Of a DNA stretch of 64,000 nucleotides, positions 47,085 to 58,893 are shown in pieces. The position numbers were made by a program, and so were the translations under genes. How positions within the stretch are numbered: the first letter of the stretch is position 1; each line of letters begins with the position of its first letter. Location of the stretch: the NCBI GenBank assembly GCA_947259725.1, contig CAMYNM010000001.1, forward strand, positions 136,190 to 200,189, in the 5' to 3' direction. The notes under the pieces were generated by a model. It saw nothing but the letters and a program-made list of their open reading frames with translations. It did not search any database and was not told where the DNA came from. Source of the stretch: Thermoanaerobaculia bacterium. GTDB lineage: Bacteria; Acidobacteriota; Thermoanaerobaculia; Multivoradales; JAHEKO01.

Positions 47085-47578
47085 GAGTCGCCGGCCACCG
47101 AGCGTTGCCGAACGGCTCGGTCCGCCAGTGCAATCAGCTTCTGATTCTCGGTCAGAACCAGAAACTCGAGATAGAGCGCCCGCAGCTGCGCAGCCACCGC
47201 AAGGTAAAAGAGTCCCCAGTGAATCCACTTCGGCAGTACGCTGGTCTCGACGCCACCACCCAGAATGAAGGTCGCCATGGCCAGTCCCATGGCGATCATG
47301 AGCCAGGGATAGGAGCGGTTCTTATAGTCCTTGGTGCGCTCGATCCACTCCTCGGGCAGCCCGTGCTCGGCGACCGCCTCCTTGATCATCTTCCCGGTTC
47401 CGATCAGGTAGAACATGATCCAGGAGTGCGAAAACAGAAGCAGGAAGCCGGCGACCAGCCCGAGCACGACGTGCCGGTCCACCGTCGGCGAATCGACCAC
47501 CATGTACCCGAGCACGCCGGTGGCGATGAAAACCAGCGTGGCGAAGGCTCCGACCATCAACAAGGCTCGTCCCATCAT
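47081..47578 (-). CDS. hypothetical integral membrane protein (5 TM)
   Basis: 165-aa hydrophobic ORF translationally coupled to the M50 gene. Confidence 0.55.
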   Translation of the reverse strand: MMGRALLMVGAFATLVFIATGVLGYMVVDSPTVDRHVVLGLVAGFLLLFSHSWIMFYLIGTGKMIKEAVAEHGLPEEWIERTKDYKNRSYPWLMIAMGLAMATFILGGGVETSVLPKWIHWGLFYLAVAAQLRALYLEFLVLTENQKLIALADRAVRQRSVAGDS

Positions 47579-48739
47579 CTAGCTGGCTACGTCCTTTCCA
47601 GACCGGCCCGTTCCTGGAGCCCGGTCGATCGCACGTTCCCATATCGCGGCCGCTCCGGCCGGTGAATACTCCGTTTTCAGACGATCGCGACCACGCTCAC
47701 CCCTCCGGCGCGCTTCCGCGGGCTTTTCGAAGGCCTCGTTCAACGCTTCGGCCAACGCCTCCGGATCCTCGCACGGAACCAGCCAGCCTGTCTCGCCGTG
47801 CACCACGACCTCCGGGATGCCGCTGACCGCGCTGGCGATCACCGGCAAGCCTCGCTGCATCGCCTCGACGATCACCAGCGGCATGCCTTCATAGAGCGAA
47901 GGAACGAGCAGAACCCGAGCCGAGTCCATCAAGGCCTCTACATCCGATCGCTGCTTTCGACCCAGAAACTCCACCCGGGAACCGAGCCGCAATCGGGCAG
48001 CCGCAGCTTCCAGGCTCGAGCGATGCTCGCCGTCCCCGACGATCAGCAAGCGCCCCCGGACCGGCAATGCGGAGAACGCGTCGAGCGCCACCTCGAGCCC
48101 TTTGCGTATCCGCAGCCGGCCCACGAAGAGCGCGATCGGATCCCCGTCCGCCACGGCGGGTCTTTCCGCCGCCGTCGCCAGCGGCGCCACCACGTTCGGA
48201 ACGACCCTTACGCCTCGAGCACCGTAGTCTCGCTCGAGCTCGCCGGCGGTGGTCGCGCTCGGCGCGAGCACCCGGTCCGCGAGCCAGACCGTGAGCCAGC
48301 CGAGCACGATCTGAAGCGGCGCCTTGAACCACTTGAAGCAGCGCTCCCGCCAACCGGGTCGCCCGAGGACGCGACCGCGATGACGGATCGGGCGCACCGA
48401 CAGGAACTCCTGCCAGTAGCTCACCTGCAAGAGCGCCACCAGCATCGGCTCGGGAGAGAGCACGGGCCCGAGGATCTTGAGCGCCAGGGCGGCGAAGGCG
48501 CCGTCCGACTCGTGAACCTGCACGAGGTGGGGCCGGAACCGGCGCAGCTCCTGCAGGAAGGGAATCACCACCGAAACCGGAAACAGCAGCTTGACCGCCC
48601 GCGTGCCGGAGGCCGAGCGGCCGAAAACACGGACTTCGTGTCCGCTCTCCCCGAGCCCCGCGGTGAGCTGCAACACCTGCTCGCCGACCCCGGAAACGTC
48701 GTCCGGGGGCAGGGTGTTGGCCACCATCAAGATCCGCAT
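47579..48739 (-). CDS. glycosyltransferase family 4
   Basis: MRILMVANTLPPDDVSGVGEQV N-terminus; the C-terminal EAMQRGLPVIASAVSGIPEVV…GWLV matches the GT4 E-x7-E region. Confidence 0.8.
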   Translation of the reverse strand: MRILMVANTLPPDDVSGVGEQVLQLTAGLGESGHEVRVFGRSASGTRAVKLLFPVSVVIPFLQELRRFRPHLVQVHESDGAFAALALKILGPVLSPEPMLVALLQVSYWQEFLSVRPIRHRGRVLGRPGWRERCFKWFKAPLQIVLGWLTVWLADRVLAPSATTAGELERDYGARGVRVVPNVVAPLATAAERPAVADGDPIALFVGRLRIRKGLEVALDAFSALPVRGRLLIVGDGEHRSSLEAAAARLRLGSRVEFLGRKQRSDVEALMDSARVLLVPSLYEGMPLVIVEAMQRGLPVIASAVSGIPEVVVHGETGWLVPCEDPEALAEALNEAFEKPAEARRRGERGRDRLKTEYSPAGAAAIWERAIDRAPGTGRSGKDVAS

Positions 48740-48763
48740 CGCGTCCGGACGCTAGCAGGCGGA

Positions 48764-50845
48764 TCAGGCCCCCGCCAGCGGGGCCGCGCGTCGAGTCTCG
48801 GCTTCGAGGCGCTTCAAAAAGCTCGCGCCTTCCGCCGAACCCTGACGGACCAGTTCCCGCGCGTCTCGCCGAGCGGTCTCGATCCACTCGCGGTGGATCG
48901 CCAGATCGGTGATTCTGAGGTTCGAAACACCGGACTGGCGCGTCCCGAGCAGGTCGCCGGGGCCCCGAATCTCGAGATCGGCCTCGGCCAGCGCGAACCC
49001 GTCGGTCGTGGTCTCGAAGATCTCCAGCCGGCGTCGCGCGTCGTCGGTCAGCCGCCCGTGCACGGCAATGCAGGTCGAGCCCCGTTCTCCTCGGCCCACC
49101 CGACCGCGCAACTGGTGGAGCTGCGCCAGGCCGAAGCGCTCGGCGCTCTCGATCACCATGGTGGTGGCGTCGCTGACGTCGACACCTACCTCGACCAGGG
49201 TTGTTGCGATCAAGACCTGCGCGTCTCCCTTCGCGAACGCCTCCATCGTCGCCGATTTTTCCTCGGGAGCCATTCGCCCGTGGAGGACGAGCGGCCGATA
49301 GGAACTCAGACGATCGGCCAGGCGACGGCCCAGACCTTCCACCGCCGCGGCCTCCACCCGCTCGCTCTCCTCGATCAGCGGCAGAACGATGAACGCCCTG
49401 TTGCCGCGGTCCAGCTCCTCTTTCACTTGGAGATACGCCTCCCGCCGATGCTCCTCGGGCACCACCCGGGTCTTCACCGGGACTCGGCCGGGAGGCAACT
49501 CGTCGATGACCGACAGAGAAAGGTCGCCGTAGAGAGTCATCGCAAGGGAGCGCGGGATCGGGGTCGCGGTCATGACCAGAAGATCGGGGCGGCGCCCCTT
49601 GTCGAGGAGATTGCGCCGCTGGTCCACGCCGAAACGATGCTGTTCGTCGACCACCACCAGCCCGAGTCGTTGAAAGTCGACCGCGTCCTGCAGTAGCGCG
49701 TGAGTGCCCACCGCGATCGCCGCCCGGCCGGATCGCAAGTCGTCCCGCACCCCTGTGTTACCGGTCGCCGAGGTCACCAGGCGGAGGCCGTAGCCGTCAC
49801 CGAGAAGCTCGATCAGGCTGCGGTAGTGCTGTTCGGCAAGCAGCTCCGTGGGCGCCATGAGAACCGCCTGAAGCCGATTCTCGGCCGCCGCCGCCAAGGC
49901 GACTCCGGCCACCACCGTCTTGCCGCAGCCGACGTCTCCTTGCAGCAAGCGCTGCATCGGCGCGGGCCCCTCGAGATCGCCGAGAATCTCATCCAGCACC
50001 TTCTCTTGAGACGCCGTCAGCCGGAACGGCAATCGCGCCGTGATGGTGCGCCGGAGCTGTTCGAGTGAGACGTAGGTGTGGCTCTTACGGAGATCTCGCA
50101 CTCGACGGCGAGCTAGCGCGAGCTCGGCCTGATGGCGAAGCAGCTCACCGTAGACCAGGCGCGCATGGGACGGCGTGGAGCGCAGGTTCAACTGCTCGAC
50201 GTCGCTGTCCTCCGGCGGCGCCTGCAGGGCATGCAACGCCGACGACAGGTTCGGCAGGTGATTGCGTTCGAGTAGAGCCCGGGGAACCGTCTCAACGACC
50301 GTCTCCAGCACGCCGTCCGCGAGCGCCGCGCCGATCAGATTCCGAACCAAGGTCGGACCCACTGTCCCGAGCGCCGGATACACCGGTACGACCCGGTTGC
50401 CGAGACCGGCCTTCGCTCGCGATTCGAGACTCGGATTCAGAAGCTCGAGCACCTGTCCTCGCAGGCGGACCCGGCCGTGGAGCAGATACTCCTCCTCGGC
50501 ATTGAGGCTGCCGCCGAGATAGGGCCGGTTGAACCAGGCCACCGGAAGCGAGGCTTCACCCGCCTCCAGGGTCGCCCGGACCAGCGTCATGCGCCGGCGG
50601 TAGAGCCGCACCGTGGACACGCCGCTCAGCCGGCCGGCCACGGTGTAGGTCCCCTCGCCCCGAACCTCACCGAGCTCGGTGACCAGGCGGCGGTCCTCGT
50701 AGCGGATCGGCAGAGTCAACAGGAGATCTCGAATCGACTCGACGCCGGCTTCGCGCAACGAACGCTCTCGAGCCGGACCGACACCTTTGAGCCGGCTAAC
50801 GGAACTCGCCGCGGATAGAGCCTCGCGGCTCGAATCGTCGGGCAT
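48764..50845 (-). CDS. recG: ATP-dependent DNA helicase RecG
   Basis: N-terminal wedge-domain region; DVGCGKTVVA (Walker A), VVDEQHRFG (DEQH), TATPIPRSL and QLRGRVGRG helicase motifs. Confidence 0.9.
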   Translation of the reverse strand: MPDDSSREALSAASSVSRLKGVGPARERSLREAGVESIRDLLLTLPIRYEDRRLVTELGEVRGEGTYTVAGRLSGVSTVRLYRRRMTLVRATLEAGEASLPVAWFNRPYLGGSLNAEEEYLLHGRVRLRGQVLELLNPSLESRAKAGLGNRVVPVYPALGTVGPTLVRNLIGAALADGVLETVVETVPRALLERNHLPNLSSALHALQAPPEDSDVEQLNLRSTPSHARLVYGELLRHQAELALARRRVRDLRKSHTYVSLEQLRRTITARLPFRLTASQEKVLDEILGDLEGPAPMQRLLQGDVGCGKTVVAGVALAAAAENRLQAVLMAPTELLAEQHYRSLIELLGDGYGLRLVTSATGNTGVRDDLRSGRAAIAVGTHALLQDAVDFQRLGLVVVDEQHRFGVDQRRNLLDKGRRPDLLVMTATPIPRSLAMTLYGDLSLSVIDELPPGRVPVKTRVVPEEHRREAYLQVKEELDRGNRAFIVLPLIEESERVEAAAVEGLGRRLADRLSSYRPLVLHGRMAPEEKSATMEAFAKGDAQVLIATTLVEVGVDVSDATTMVIESAERFGLAQLHQLRGRVGRGERGSTCIAVHGRLTDDARRRLEIFETTTDGFALAEADLEIRGPGDLLGTRQSGVSNLRITDLAIHREWIETARRDARELVRQGSAEGASFLKRLEAETRRAAPLAGA

Positions 50846-50851
50846 GTGCGC

Positions 50852-51667
50852 TCAGACTGCGAACTCGAGCGTGACCAGACCGAACCGGACCCGATCTCCG
50901 GCGCTCAGCCGGGCGGGCACTCCGGTCTGCAGCCGATCCTCGTTGACGAACGTGCCGTTGGTCGTGCCGATGTCCTCGACCAGCAGGTAGCCACCCGCCT
51001 CCGAGATGATGCGGGCGTGACGACGACTGCAGGAGCGCTCCGGGTCGATCGGGGTCAGGTCGACCGTTGGCTTGACCCCGGTGATCGGATCCCGTCGGCC
51101 TATCGAGGACGTGTCCTCGAGGGTGAGCGGGAAGACCATGCCGGTGCCGGGATGCTCCAGCTTCGCGCCCTCGGCGACGTCTGTTGCGGACTCGACCACG
51201 TCCGTTTCACTCGGCTCTATCGCACCGGTCTGCGCCCCGCTGCCCACCTCCGCTCGGTTTGGAACCGTTGCGCCTCGTTCCAGCAGCAGCTCCTCCAGCC
51301 GCCGGATTCGCATCGACAGTTTGCGCATGATCCGCACCGCCACCTCGGGATCCTTCCGCAACAGGCGACTGAAGGTCGCTTCGTCGATTTGAACCAACTT
51401 GCAATCTTCAGCGGCGCGCGCCGACGCGGTTCGAGGCGCGCCCTCCAGAATCGCCATCTCACCGAAGAAGTCACCTCTTTCGAGTACCGCCAGGGGCGAC
51501 GAGTCGATGCCAGAGTTGACGATCTCGACCGAGCCTTCGTGAATGACGAACATCTCGGTGCCGAGATCTCCCTGCCTGAAGACATAGTCGCCGGCGGATA
51601 CGTTCACCACACGCTGGGGCGAGGCGGCCGCGCTCGTGGTCTTGAACCGGGCTTTGACCTTGGCCAC
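50852..51667 (-). CDS. cyclic-nucleotide-binding domain + FHA domain protein
   Basis: cNMP-binding fold (FRQGDLGTEMFVIHEGSVEI…GDFFGEMAIL…RTASARA) followed by an FHA domain (…IGRRDP…SRRHARII…TTNGTFVNEDRL). Confidence 0.8.
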   Translation of the reverse strand: MAKVKARFKTTSAAASPQRVVNVSAGDYVFRQGDLGTEMFVIHEGSVEIVNSGIDSSPLAVLERGDFFGEMAILEGAPRTASARAAEDCKLVQIDEATFSRLLRKDPEVAVRIMRKLSMRIRRLEELLLERGATVPNRAEVGSGAQTGAIEPSETDVVESATDVAEGAKLEHPGTGMVFPLTLEDTSSIGRRDPITGVKPTVDLTPIDPERSCSRRHARIISEAGGYLLVEDIGTTNGTFVNEDRLQTGVPARLSAGDRVRFGLVTLEFAV

Positions 51668-52564
51668 TCAGCGCCCCTGACAGGATTGGAGAACTCCGGC
51701 TTCGAGCCGGACCATTGCGCCAAGAGGCAGCGTGAAGTTGGGCCTGGCGTGTCCGCTCGCCAGGCCGCGGGCCGCGGGGCAGCCGAGCTCGCTCTCGAAC
51801 TCTCCGAGCAGCGTATGGAGCGCATCCGATTCAGGATCCGACTCGAGCAGCTCGATGCGACCGGCAACCATAGCGTTGATTTTCGAGAGGCTACCGGAGA
51901 GCCTCAACTGGGTCAACATTCGATCGAGCCGGTACACCGGCTCGGCCACGTCTTCCCAGAAGAGCACAGCGCCGTCGAGCGAAGTCGAGAACTCCGTGCC
52001 GGTAGTCGCGGCGAGCAAGCTCAGGCATCCGCCTTTGAGAATGCCCTCGGCGGAGCCGGCAAGCCCCTCGACCGGAAGCCGGAAGTCGAGCTCACCGGAC
52101 AACAGCTTCCACAGAGAGTCGCGCTCTCGATCCTCGAGACCCTCCGCCCACTCCACTGCGACCATCGGCCCATGAAAGGCGACCAGCCCGAGGCGGTCCA
52201 CCACCAGGTTCAGAAAAGGGGTGACGTCGGAATAGCCTACGTAGGCCCGCGGGATCTCCGAAAGTATCCGCCAGTCCAATCCCGGCAGCACGCGCAGAAT
52301 CCCGTGTCCGCCGCGGGCAAAGAAAATGGCCTTGACGCTCGGGTCGCGCGCCAGGGTCATGAAACCCTCGAGTCGCTGGTGGTCTTGCCCGGCAAAAGGA
52401 CCCACGCAGCAATGAAGATTGCTCGCCTTGACCGGCTCGAGGTGCAGGCCGCGCATGGCGTCCAGCCCTGCCTCCAGAGCCTCCGCTGCCACCGGCCCCG
52501 ACAGGGCAGCCACACCTACGCGATCGCCCTCGGAAAGCGGCGGGGGTAGTACCGCTGGCGTCAT
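51668..52564 (-). CDS. ldcA: LD-carboxypeptidase (peptidase S66, muramoyltetrapeptide carboxypeptidase-like)
   Basis: GDRVGVAALSGP N-terminus, a GYSDVT nucleophile-Ser motif, and ~300-aa length. Confidence 0.8.
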   Translation of the reverse strand: MTPAVLPPPLSEGDRVGVAALSGPVAAEALEAGLDAMRGLHLEPVKASNLHCCVGPFAGQDHQRLEGFMTLARDPSVKAIFFARGGHGILRVLPGLDWRILSEIPRAYVGYSDVTPFLNLVVDRLGLVAFHGPMVAVEWAEGLEDRERDSLWKLLSGELDFRLPVEGLAGSAEGILKGGCLSLLAATTGTEFSTSLDGAVLFWEDVAEPVYRLDRMLTQLRLSGSLSKINAMVAGRIELLESDPESDALHTLLGEFESELGCPAARGLASGHARPNFTLPLGAMVRLEAGVLQSCQGR

Positions 52565-52596
52565 GATCAGATGTCGCGACGAATCGAGAAGCGGTC

Positions 52597-52990
52597 GGAG
52601 AGCTCGGTAAGCCGGATTTTGTCCCCGCCGAGGCGGGTGACGATCATTCCTCTGCGAGCGACGTTGCCGCCGCCCTCCAGCAACCTACCCGAAGACGCGG
52701 CTCCCGGAGAATACCTCCGAAAGCACTCGGGACGGGCGGCCCGAAATCGTCTCCCTATTCGGTCTTGCTCCACATGGGGTTTGCCGTGCCTCGTCCGTCG
52801 CCGTCCGAGCGGTGCGCTCTTACCGCACCGTTTCACCCTTGCCCGGATGGACGAACCACCCCGGCGGTCTATTCTCTGCTGCACTTTCCGTCGCGTCGCC
52901 GCGCCTCGCCGTTAGCGAGCATGTCGCCCGTAGGAGTCCGGACTTTCCTCTCCCGCCGCTAGCGACGAGAGCGATCGACTCGAACTCTCC
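52597..52990 (-). ncRNA. rnpB: RNase P RNA, bacterial type A
   Basis: Minus strand contains GAGGAAAGTCCGGACTCC (P4 5' strand), AGGGTGAAACGGTGCGGTAAGAGCGCACC (P10-P12 region) and ACAAAATCCGGCTTACCGAGCTCTCC (P4 3' strand / 3' end). The 5' GGAGAGTTCG pairs with the 3' CGAGCTCTCC to form P1. Length ~394 nt. Confidence 0.85.
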
Positions 52991-53026
52991 AACCAGAGTC
53001 ATTGTACCCGGGACCGGGCGTGCCGA

Positions 53027-54475
53027 CTACCCGGACCGCGAGCTGCCGAGGATCTTCTTCCACCAAGGACTGGACTCTGGCTTTGCCTCGGCCGTGCTCT
53101 CGATGCGGTGAAGACCGCTGACGGCGCCCGAATGACCGGGCAGAATCGCGAGCGCAGCCTGATACTCGACTCTGGCCCGCGCCCGGTGACCGGTCTTCTC
53201 GTAGATCGCGCCGAGGTTCACGCGCAGGTCTGAATCCTCGGGGCTCAACTGGACGGCCCGTCCATAGCTGGCGATCGCCTTGTCGTACCACTGAGGATTC
53301 TGAGACTGGCAGTGGCCGAGCAGAGCGAAGTACTCAGACCGCGCCTCCATCCGAATCGCCTGATTCAGCAGCTCGATCGCGTAGTAGTAGTCCTGCCGGC
53401 TAACCAGCCCTTGGGCCATTCGAAAATTACGCGCGGCCAGCTCTTCGACCTCTTCCTTGCGCTTCTCCTCCGAAGGCGCGAACATCCCTCCCTCACTGAA
53501 CGCGCCCACGTCGCGCAGATACTGTCCGCGCCGGTCCTGGTCGCTGAGGGTCAAATAGGCCTCCGTGGCTCTCTCGAAGAGGAGATCGACCCCGGCCTCG
53601 CGGCCCCCGAGACCCAGAGCGGCCGCGTGCCTCGGATGAACCAGCCGCGCCAATCGGGTGTAGGCCGCGTGGATCTCGTCGGCGCTCGAGCCGACGCTGA
53701 CCCCGAGCAACTCGTAGTAGTTCATTCCTCCCAGCCGAGCCATGAGGTGGGCCAGTTTCTTGCGGTGTTCCTCGGGTTCCAGACTCAGCGGGTCACGGTC
53801 GAGTTCCTCCGCGATCCGCGCGTTGAAGCGCTCCAGCAACTTGGAGCTCAGCAGGGACCCTCGTCCACTGGTCTCGTACCGTCGGTGTGGACCGATCAGG
53901 CCGACCGCGGCCAGGCGACACAGCCGCCGCACGACCTCGGCCGAAACCAGGCCGGGTTGCCGCATCAGGTCCTTGATCGCGATGGGCCGTTCCAACCGGC
54001 TCAACAGAAACGCCTCTTCGGGGTCGAGATCGACTTCGCCGGCAAGCGAAGAATCCCGATAGGCGACAACCTCGACCTCCTCGCCTCCCAGGGAGCGCAA
54101 GAGCTGGAACTCGTCTCGTCCGCGCACGGATCCCGTCATGACCAGCGTCGCAGTCGAAATCGGGCCGACCAAATCGGTGGAGATCTCGGCGGTGCCTTCG
54201 GTGAAATGGTGGTTCGGGGCCCCCAGGGCGTCGAAGTAGTCCAAGACCTTTTCGATCCAGCCTTCCTCGGGTGAAGTTCCTGCACCCGGCGCGCCGGTTG
54301 CCTTGGCGAGCGCGTGGTCGCGGCTCAGATAGAGATCGCCGCCAACGAAGAAGAAACTGCGCTCGGATCCTCCGACCTCGACCGCAAGCTTGCCGGTCCG
54401 CCGGCGAAGCAGGGCCTCGCGAAGCATGGCGGGCAACGTCTGCGGCCCCTGCGCGTCGGCGCTCTCGGTGCTCAT
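53027..54475 (-). CDS. J-domain (DnaJ-like) protein with N-terminal DUF4388-like region and C-terminal TPR repeats
   Basis: YYELLGVSVGSSADEIHAAYTRLARLVHPRH (J-domain helix II / HPD-like HPR), N-terminal LREALLRRRTGKLAVEVGG, and TPR-like repeats at the C-terminus. Confidence 0.7.
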   Translation of the reverse strand: MSTESADAQGPQTLPAMLREALLRRRTGKLAVEVGGSERSFFFVGGDLYLSRDHALAKATGAPGAGTSPEEGWIEKVLDYFDALGAPNHHFTEGTAEISTDLVGPISTATLVMTGSVRGRDEFQLLRSLGGEEVEVVAYRDSSLAGEVDLDPEEAFLLSRLERPIAIKDLMRQPGLVSAEVVRRLCRLAAVGLIGPHRRYETSGRGSLLSSKLLERFNARIAEELDRDPLSLEPEEHRKKLAHLMARLGGMNYYELLGVSVGSSADEIHAAYTRLARLVHPRHAAALGLGGREAGVDLLFERATEAYLTLSDQDRRGQYLRDVGAFSEGGMFAPSEEKRKEEVEELAARNFRMAQGLVSRQDYYYAIELLNQAIRMEARSEYFALLGHCQSQNPQWYDKAIASYGRAVQLSPEDSDLRVNLGAIYEKTGHRARARVEYQAALAILPGHSGAVSGLHRIESTAEAKPESSPWWKKILGSSRSG

Positions 54476-54487
54476 ACGCTTGTGATC

Positions 54488-56302
54488 TTAGCGACTTTCC
54501 CGGCTCGCCGGCACATTCTGCAGGGACTGGTGAAGTCGCGACCCCAGGTTCTCTCCCAGCACCTCTTGCAGCTCGGTGAGCTCGGCGTTGCGCACGCCGG
54601 TCAGACTGCCGAATCTTCGGAGCAGCAGACGCCGGCGTTTAGGACCGATTCCGGGAACAACGTCGAGGCTGCTCTTGAGCACGTCACGGCGGCGGCGGCG
54701 GCGGTGCCGGTCGACCGCGAAACGGTGCGCCTCGTCCCGGATCATCTGCAGCAGCAGCAGCCCGGGGTCCTTGCGCGGCAATCGCTGAGGCTCCGGCCGG
54801 TCCACCATGTAGAGCTCTTCCTCTCGCTTGGCCAGGGCCACGACCGGCGTCTCCTCCACTCCGAGCTCAGCCAGGGCGCGCATCCCGGCATTCAGCTGGC
54901 CGCGGCCCCCGTCGATCAAGATCAGGTCGGGCATCTCCCCCACCTCGTCCAGCCGGCGCCGGTAGCGCCTGAAGATGGCCTCGCGGAGGGAAGCTGTGTC
55001 GTCCGGACCGTTCGCACCGCGGATGTTGAAACTGCGGTAGTCGGTCTTGCGCATCCTTCCGTCCTCGCACACCACCATCGAGGCGACCGTCTGGTCACCC
55101 TGAAAGTTCGAGATGTCGAAGCCTTCGATCCTCTGGGCGAGGCCATCGAGACCGAGATGCTCGCGAAGCGCCTCCAGTCCGGCGCGCGACGGCCCGCCGG
55201 CGCGGAACCGCCGTCGATGGGCCAGCGTGGCGTTTCTGTTGGCCAGCTCGATCCTCTGCGCCTTCGGGCCGCGCGCCGGGAGACGCACATAGACCTTCTC
55301 GCTCTTGCGGTCCGACAGCCACGCGGCGAGCTCTTCCTCGCCCTCGATCGGCACCGGAAGATGGACCTCTTTGGGTATGAACGTCGTACGATCATAAATC
55401 TGCGGCACCAGCTCTGAAAGAAGCCGCTCGGCGGTGATCTCGTCGGCTCCTTCCCAGAATATCTCCCGTCGGTCCAGAACCTGGCCGCCGCGCATCACCA
55501 GGATGACAACCGCCGCGTTGGCACCGCGCACCGCCACGCCGAAGATGTCCGCATCCTCACCACGGGTGGACGAGAGCTTCCTCCGCTGGCTGGCGCTTTC
55601 GACCTCCGCGATCAGGTCACGCAGCCGACCGGCCTCTTCGAACTCGAGGGAGTCGGACGCCGTCTTCATCGACCGGCGCAGGCTCCGCAAAAGCTCGTCG
55701 CTTCGACCTTGGAGAAAGAGCCTTGCCTCCGACACTGCGGTGGCGTACGCGTCCAGGCTGGTCAGCCCGCCGACGCACGGCCCCAGGCAGCGGCTCATGT
55801 CGTAGTAGAGGCAGGGCCTGGGCAGCTTGCCGTCGATCTCGATGGTACAGACTCGGATTTGAAACAGCTTCTGGATGAGCTTGATCGCTCGTCGGGCGAT
55901 GCCACCGGGCAGATACGGTCCGAAATACTCGCCGCCGTCGTTTCTGATCTTCCGGGTAAAGGCGATCCTCGGGTACTCGTCACCCATGGTCAGCTTCAGA
56001 TACGGATAGGTCTTGTCATCGCGCAGCAAGATGTTGTAGCGAGGCCGCTTGCGCTTGATCCAGTTGTTCTCGAGAAGGAGCGCTTCGGCTCCGCTGTCGG
56101 TGACCAGATAGTCCAGATCGCGGGCTGCGGAAAGCATCGCTTCGAGCCTCGGCTCGTGGCCCGCCTTGAGATAGCTGGCGACCCTCTTGCGTAGCGAGTT
56201 CGCCTTGCCGACATAGAGCGGGCGCCCGGAATCGTCCTTGAATATGTAGATTCCGGGCCGATCCGGCAGTGCCTTCACCTTGCTCGCGACGACCGCCTGC
56301 AT
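54488..56302 (-). CDS. uvrC: excinuclease ABC subunit C
   Basis: GIYIFKDDSGRPLYVGKANSLRKR (GIY-YIG), a UvrBC-interaction region and C-terminal RNase H-like + HhH domains. Confidence 0.9.
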   Translation of the reverse strand: MQAVVASKVKALPDRPGIYIFKDDSGRPLYVGKANSLRKRVASYLKAGHEPRLEAMLSAARDLDYLVTDSGAEALLLENNWIKRKRPRYNILLRDDKTYPYLKLTMGDEYPRIAFTRKIRNDGGEYFGPYLPGGIARRAIKLIQKLFQIRVCTIEIDGKLPRPCLYYDMSRCLGPCVGGLTSLDAYATAVSEARLFLQGRSDELLRSLRRSMKTASDSLEFEEAGRLRDLIAEVESASQRRKLSSTRGEDADIFGVAVRGANAAVVILVMRGGQVLDRREIFWEGADEITAERLLSELVPQIYDRTTFIPKEVHLPVPIEGEEELAAWLSDRKSEKVYVRLPARGPKAQRIELANRNATLAHRRRFRAGGPSRAGLEALREHLGLDGLAQRIEGFDISNFQGDQTVASMVVCEDGRMRKTDYRSFNIRGANGPDDTASLREAIFRRYRRRLDEVGEMPDLILIDGGRGQLNAGMRALAELGVEETPVVALAKREEELYMVDRPEPQRLPRKDPGLLLLQMIRDEAHRFAVDRHRRRRRRDVLKSSLDVVPGIGPKRRRLLLRRFGSLTGVRNAELTELQEVLGENLGSRLHQSLQNVPASRESR

Positions 56303-56319
56303 GATGGACCGCCCGCCGC

Positions 56320-58297
<1,978 letters not shown>

Positions 58298-58311
<14 letters not shown>

Positions 58312-58834
58312 GCGATGGACGAGCCAGTCCCCCCGGTCGGCGCGCCGACTCGGCCGGCGCGGGGGCGAATTCCTGGTCAGGCAAGCCCACCGCCGGCTTG
58401 CCGATGGTTTCGAGCACTTCGGTGAGCTCGCGCACCGTCTCCAGCCCGATCCGCTCGCGACTGTCGGGCGGCGACGCCATGAAACGCTGTAGCCGTTGTA
58501 TCGCGTGAGGATCGATGCGATTCTCGCGGATCGCGGTCCGCGCGGCCTCGAAGGCCGCGATCAGGCGTTGTCTGTCATCGGCACTCACCTCCTCCGACAG
58601 GTTGACCACGATCGCGTCTTCGTATTTGGTGAGCGTCCACTCGAGCATGCCGCGCACCTTGAACATGAAGATGCCCAAGGCCACGGCGAGAAGGACCAGA
58701 ACGGTCAGACAGCCGAAGACCGCCGGCTTGCCGCAGCCGCCGAGGTCGGCCGCCTTGGGCTCGAACGGCTCAGTGGAGTCCGGAGCCTGGAAGTCGCTTT
58801 CCATGCGGTCCGATCCTATCGGACCGCGACCCAT
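58298..58834 (-). CDS. membrane-anchored hypothetical protein (single TM)
   Basis: TM helix [22 protein letters not shown]; start ambiguous (ATG 58834 or 58804). The 3' end overlaps the uvrB start. Confidence 0.45.
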
Positions 58835-58893
58835 GATTGGACGCGACCGACCCGGCGTGACCACACGACATCGTCCCCTCCTATAATCGCCAC

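Noticed and set aside
45343-47133. 596-aa ORF extending trpS upstream, 282-aa extension of the M50 gene, and 644-aa ORF at 60912 extending the repeat protein
   Set aside because: The upstream portions are low-complexity and overlap neighbouring genes. The true starts (GTG 46365, GTG 47084, ATG 61422) align with family N-termini and have upstream purine-rich elements (trpS, 61422) or translational coupling (M50, GTGA overlap).
52567-53002. Four small ORFs (52567-52884-, 52571-52915+, 52765-52962+, 52820-53002-)
   Set aside because: They overlap the RNase P RNA gene; the conserved RNA motifs explain the region.
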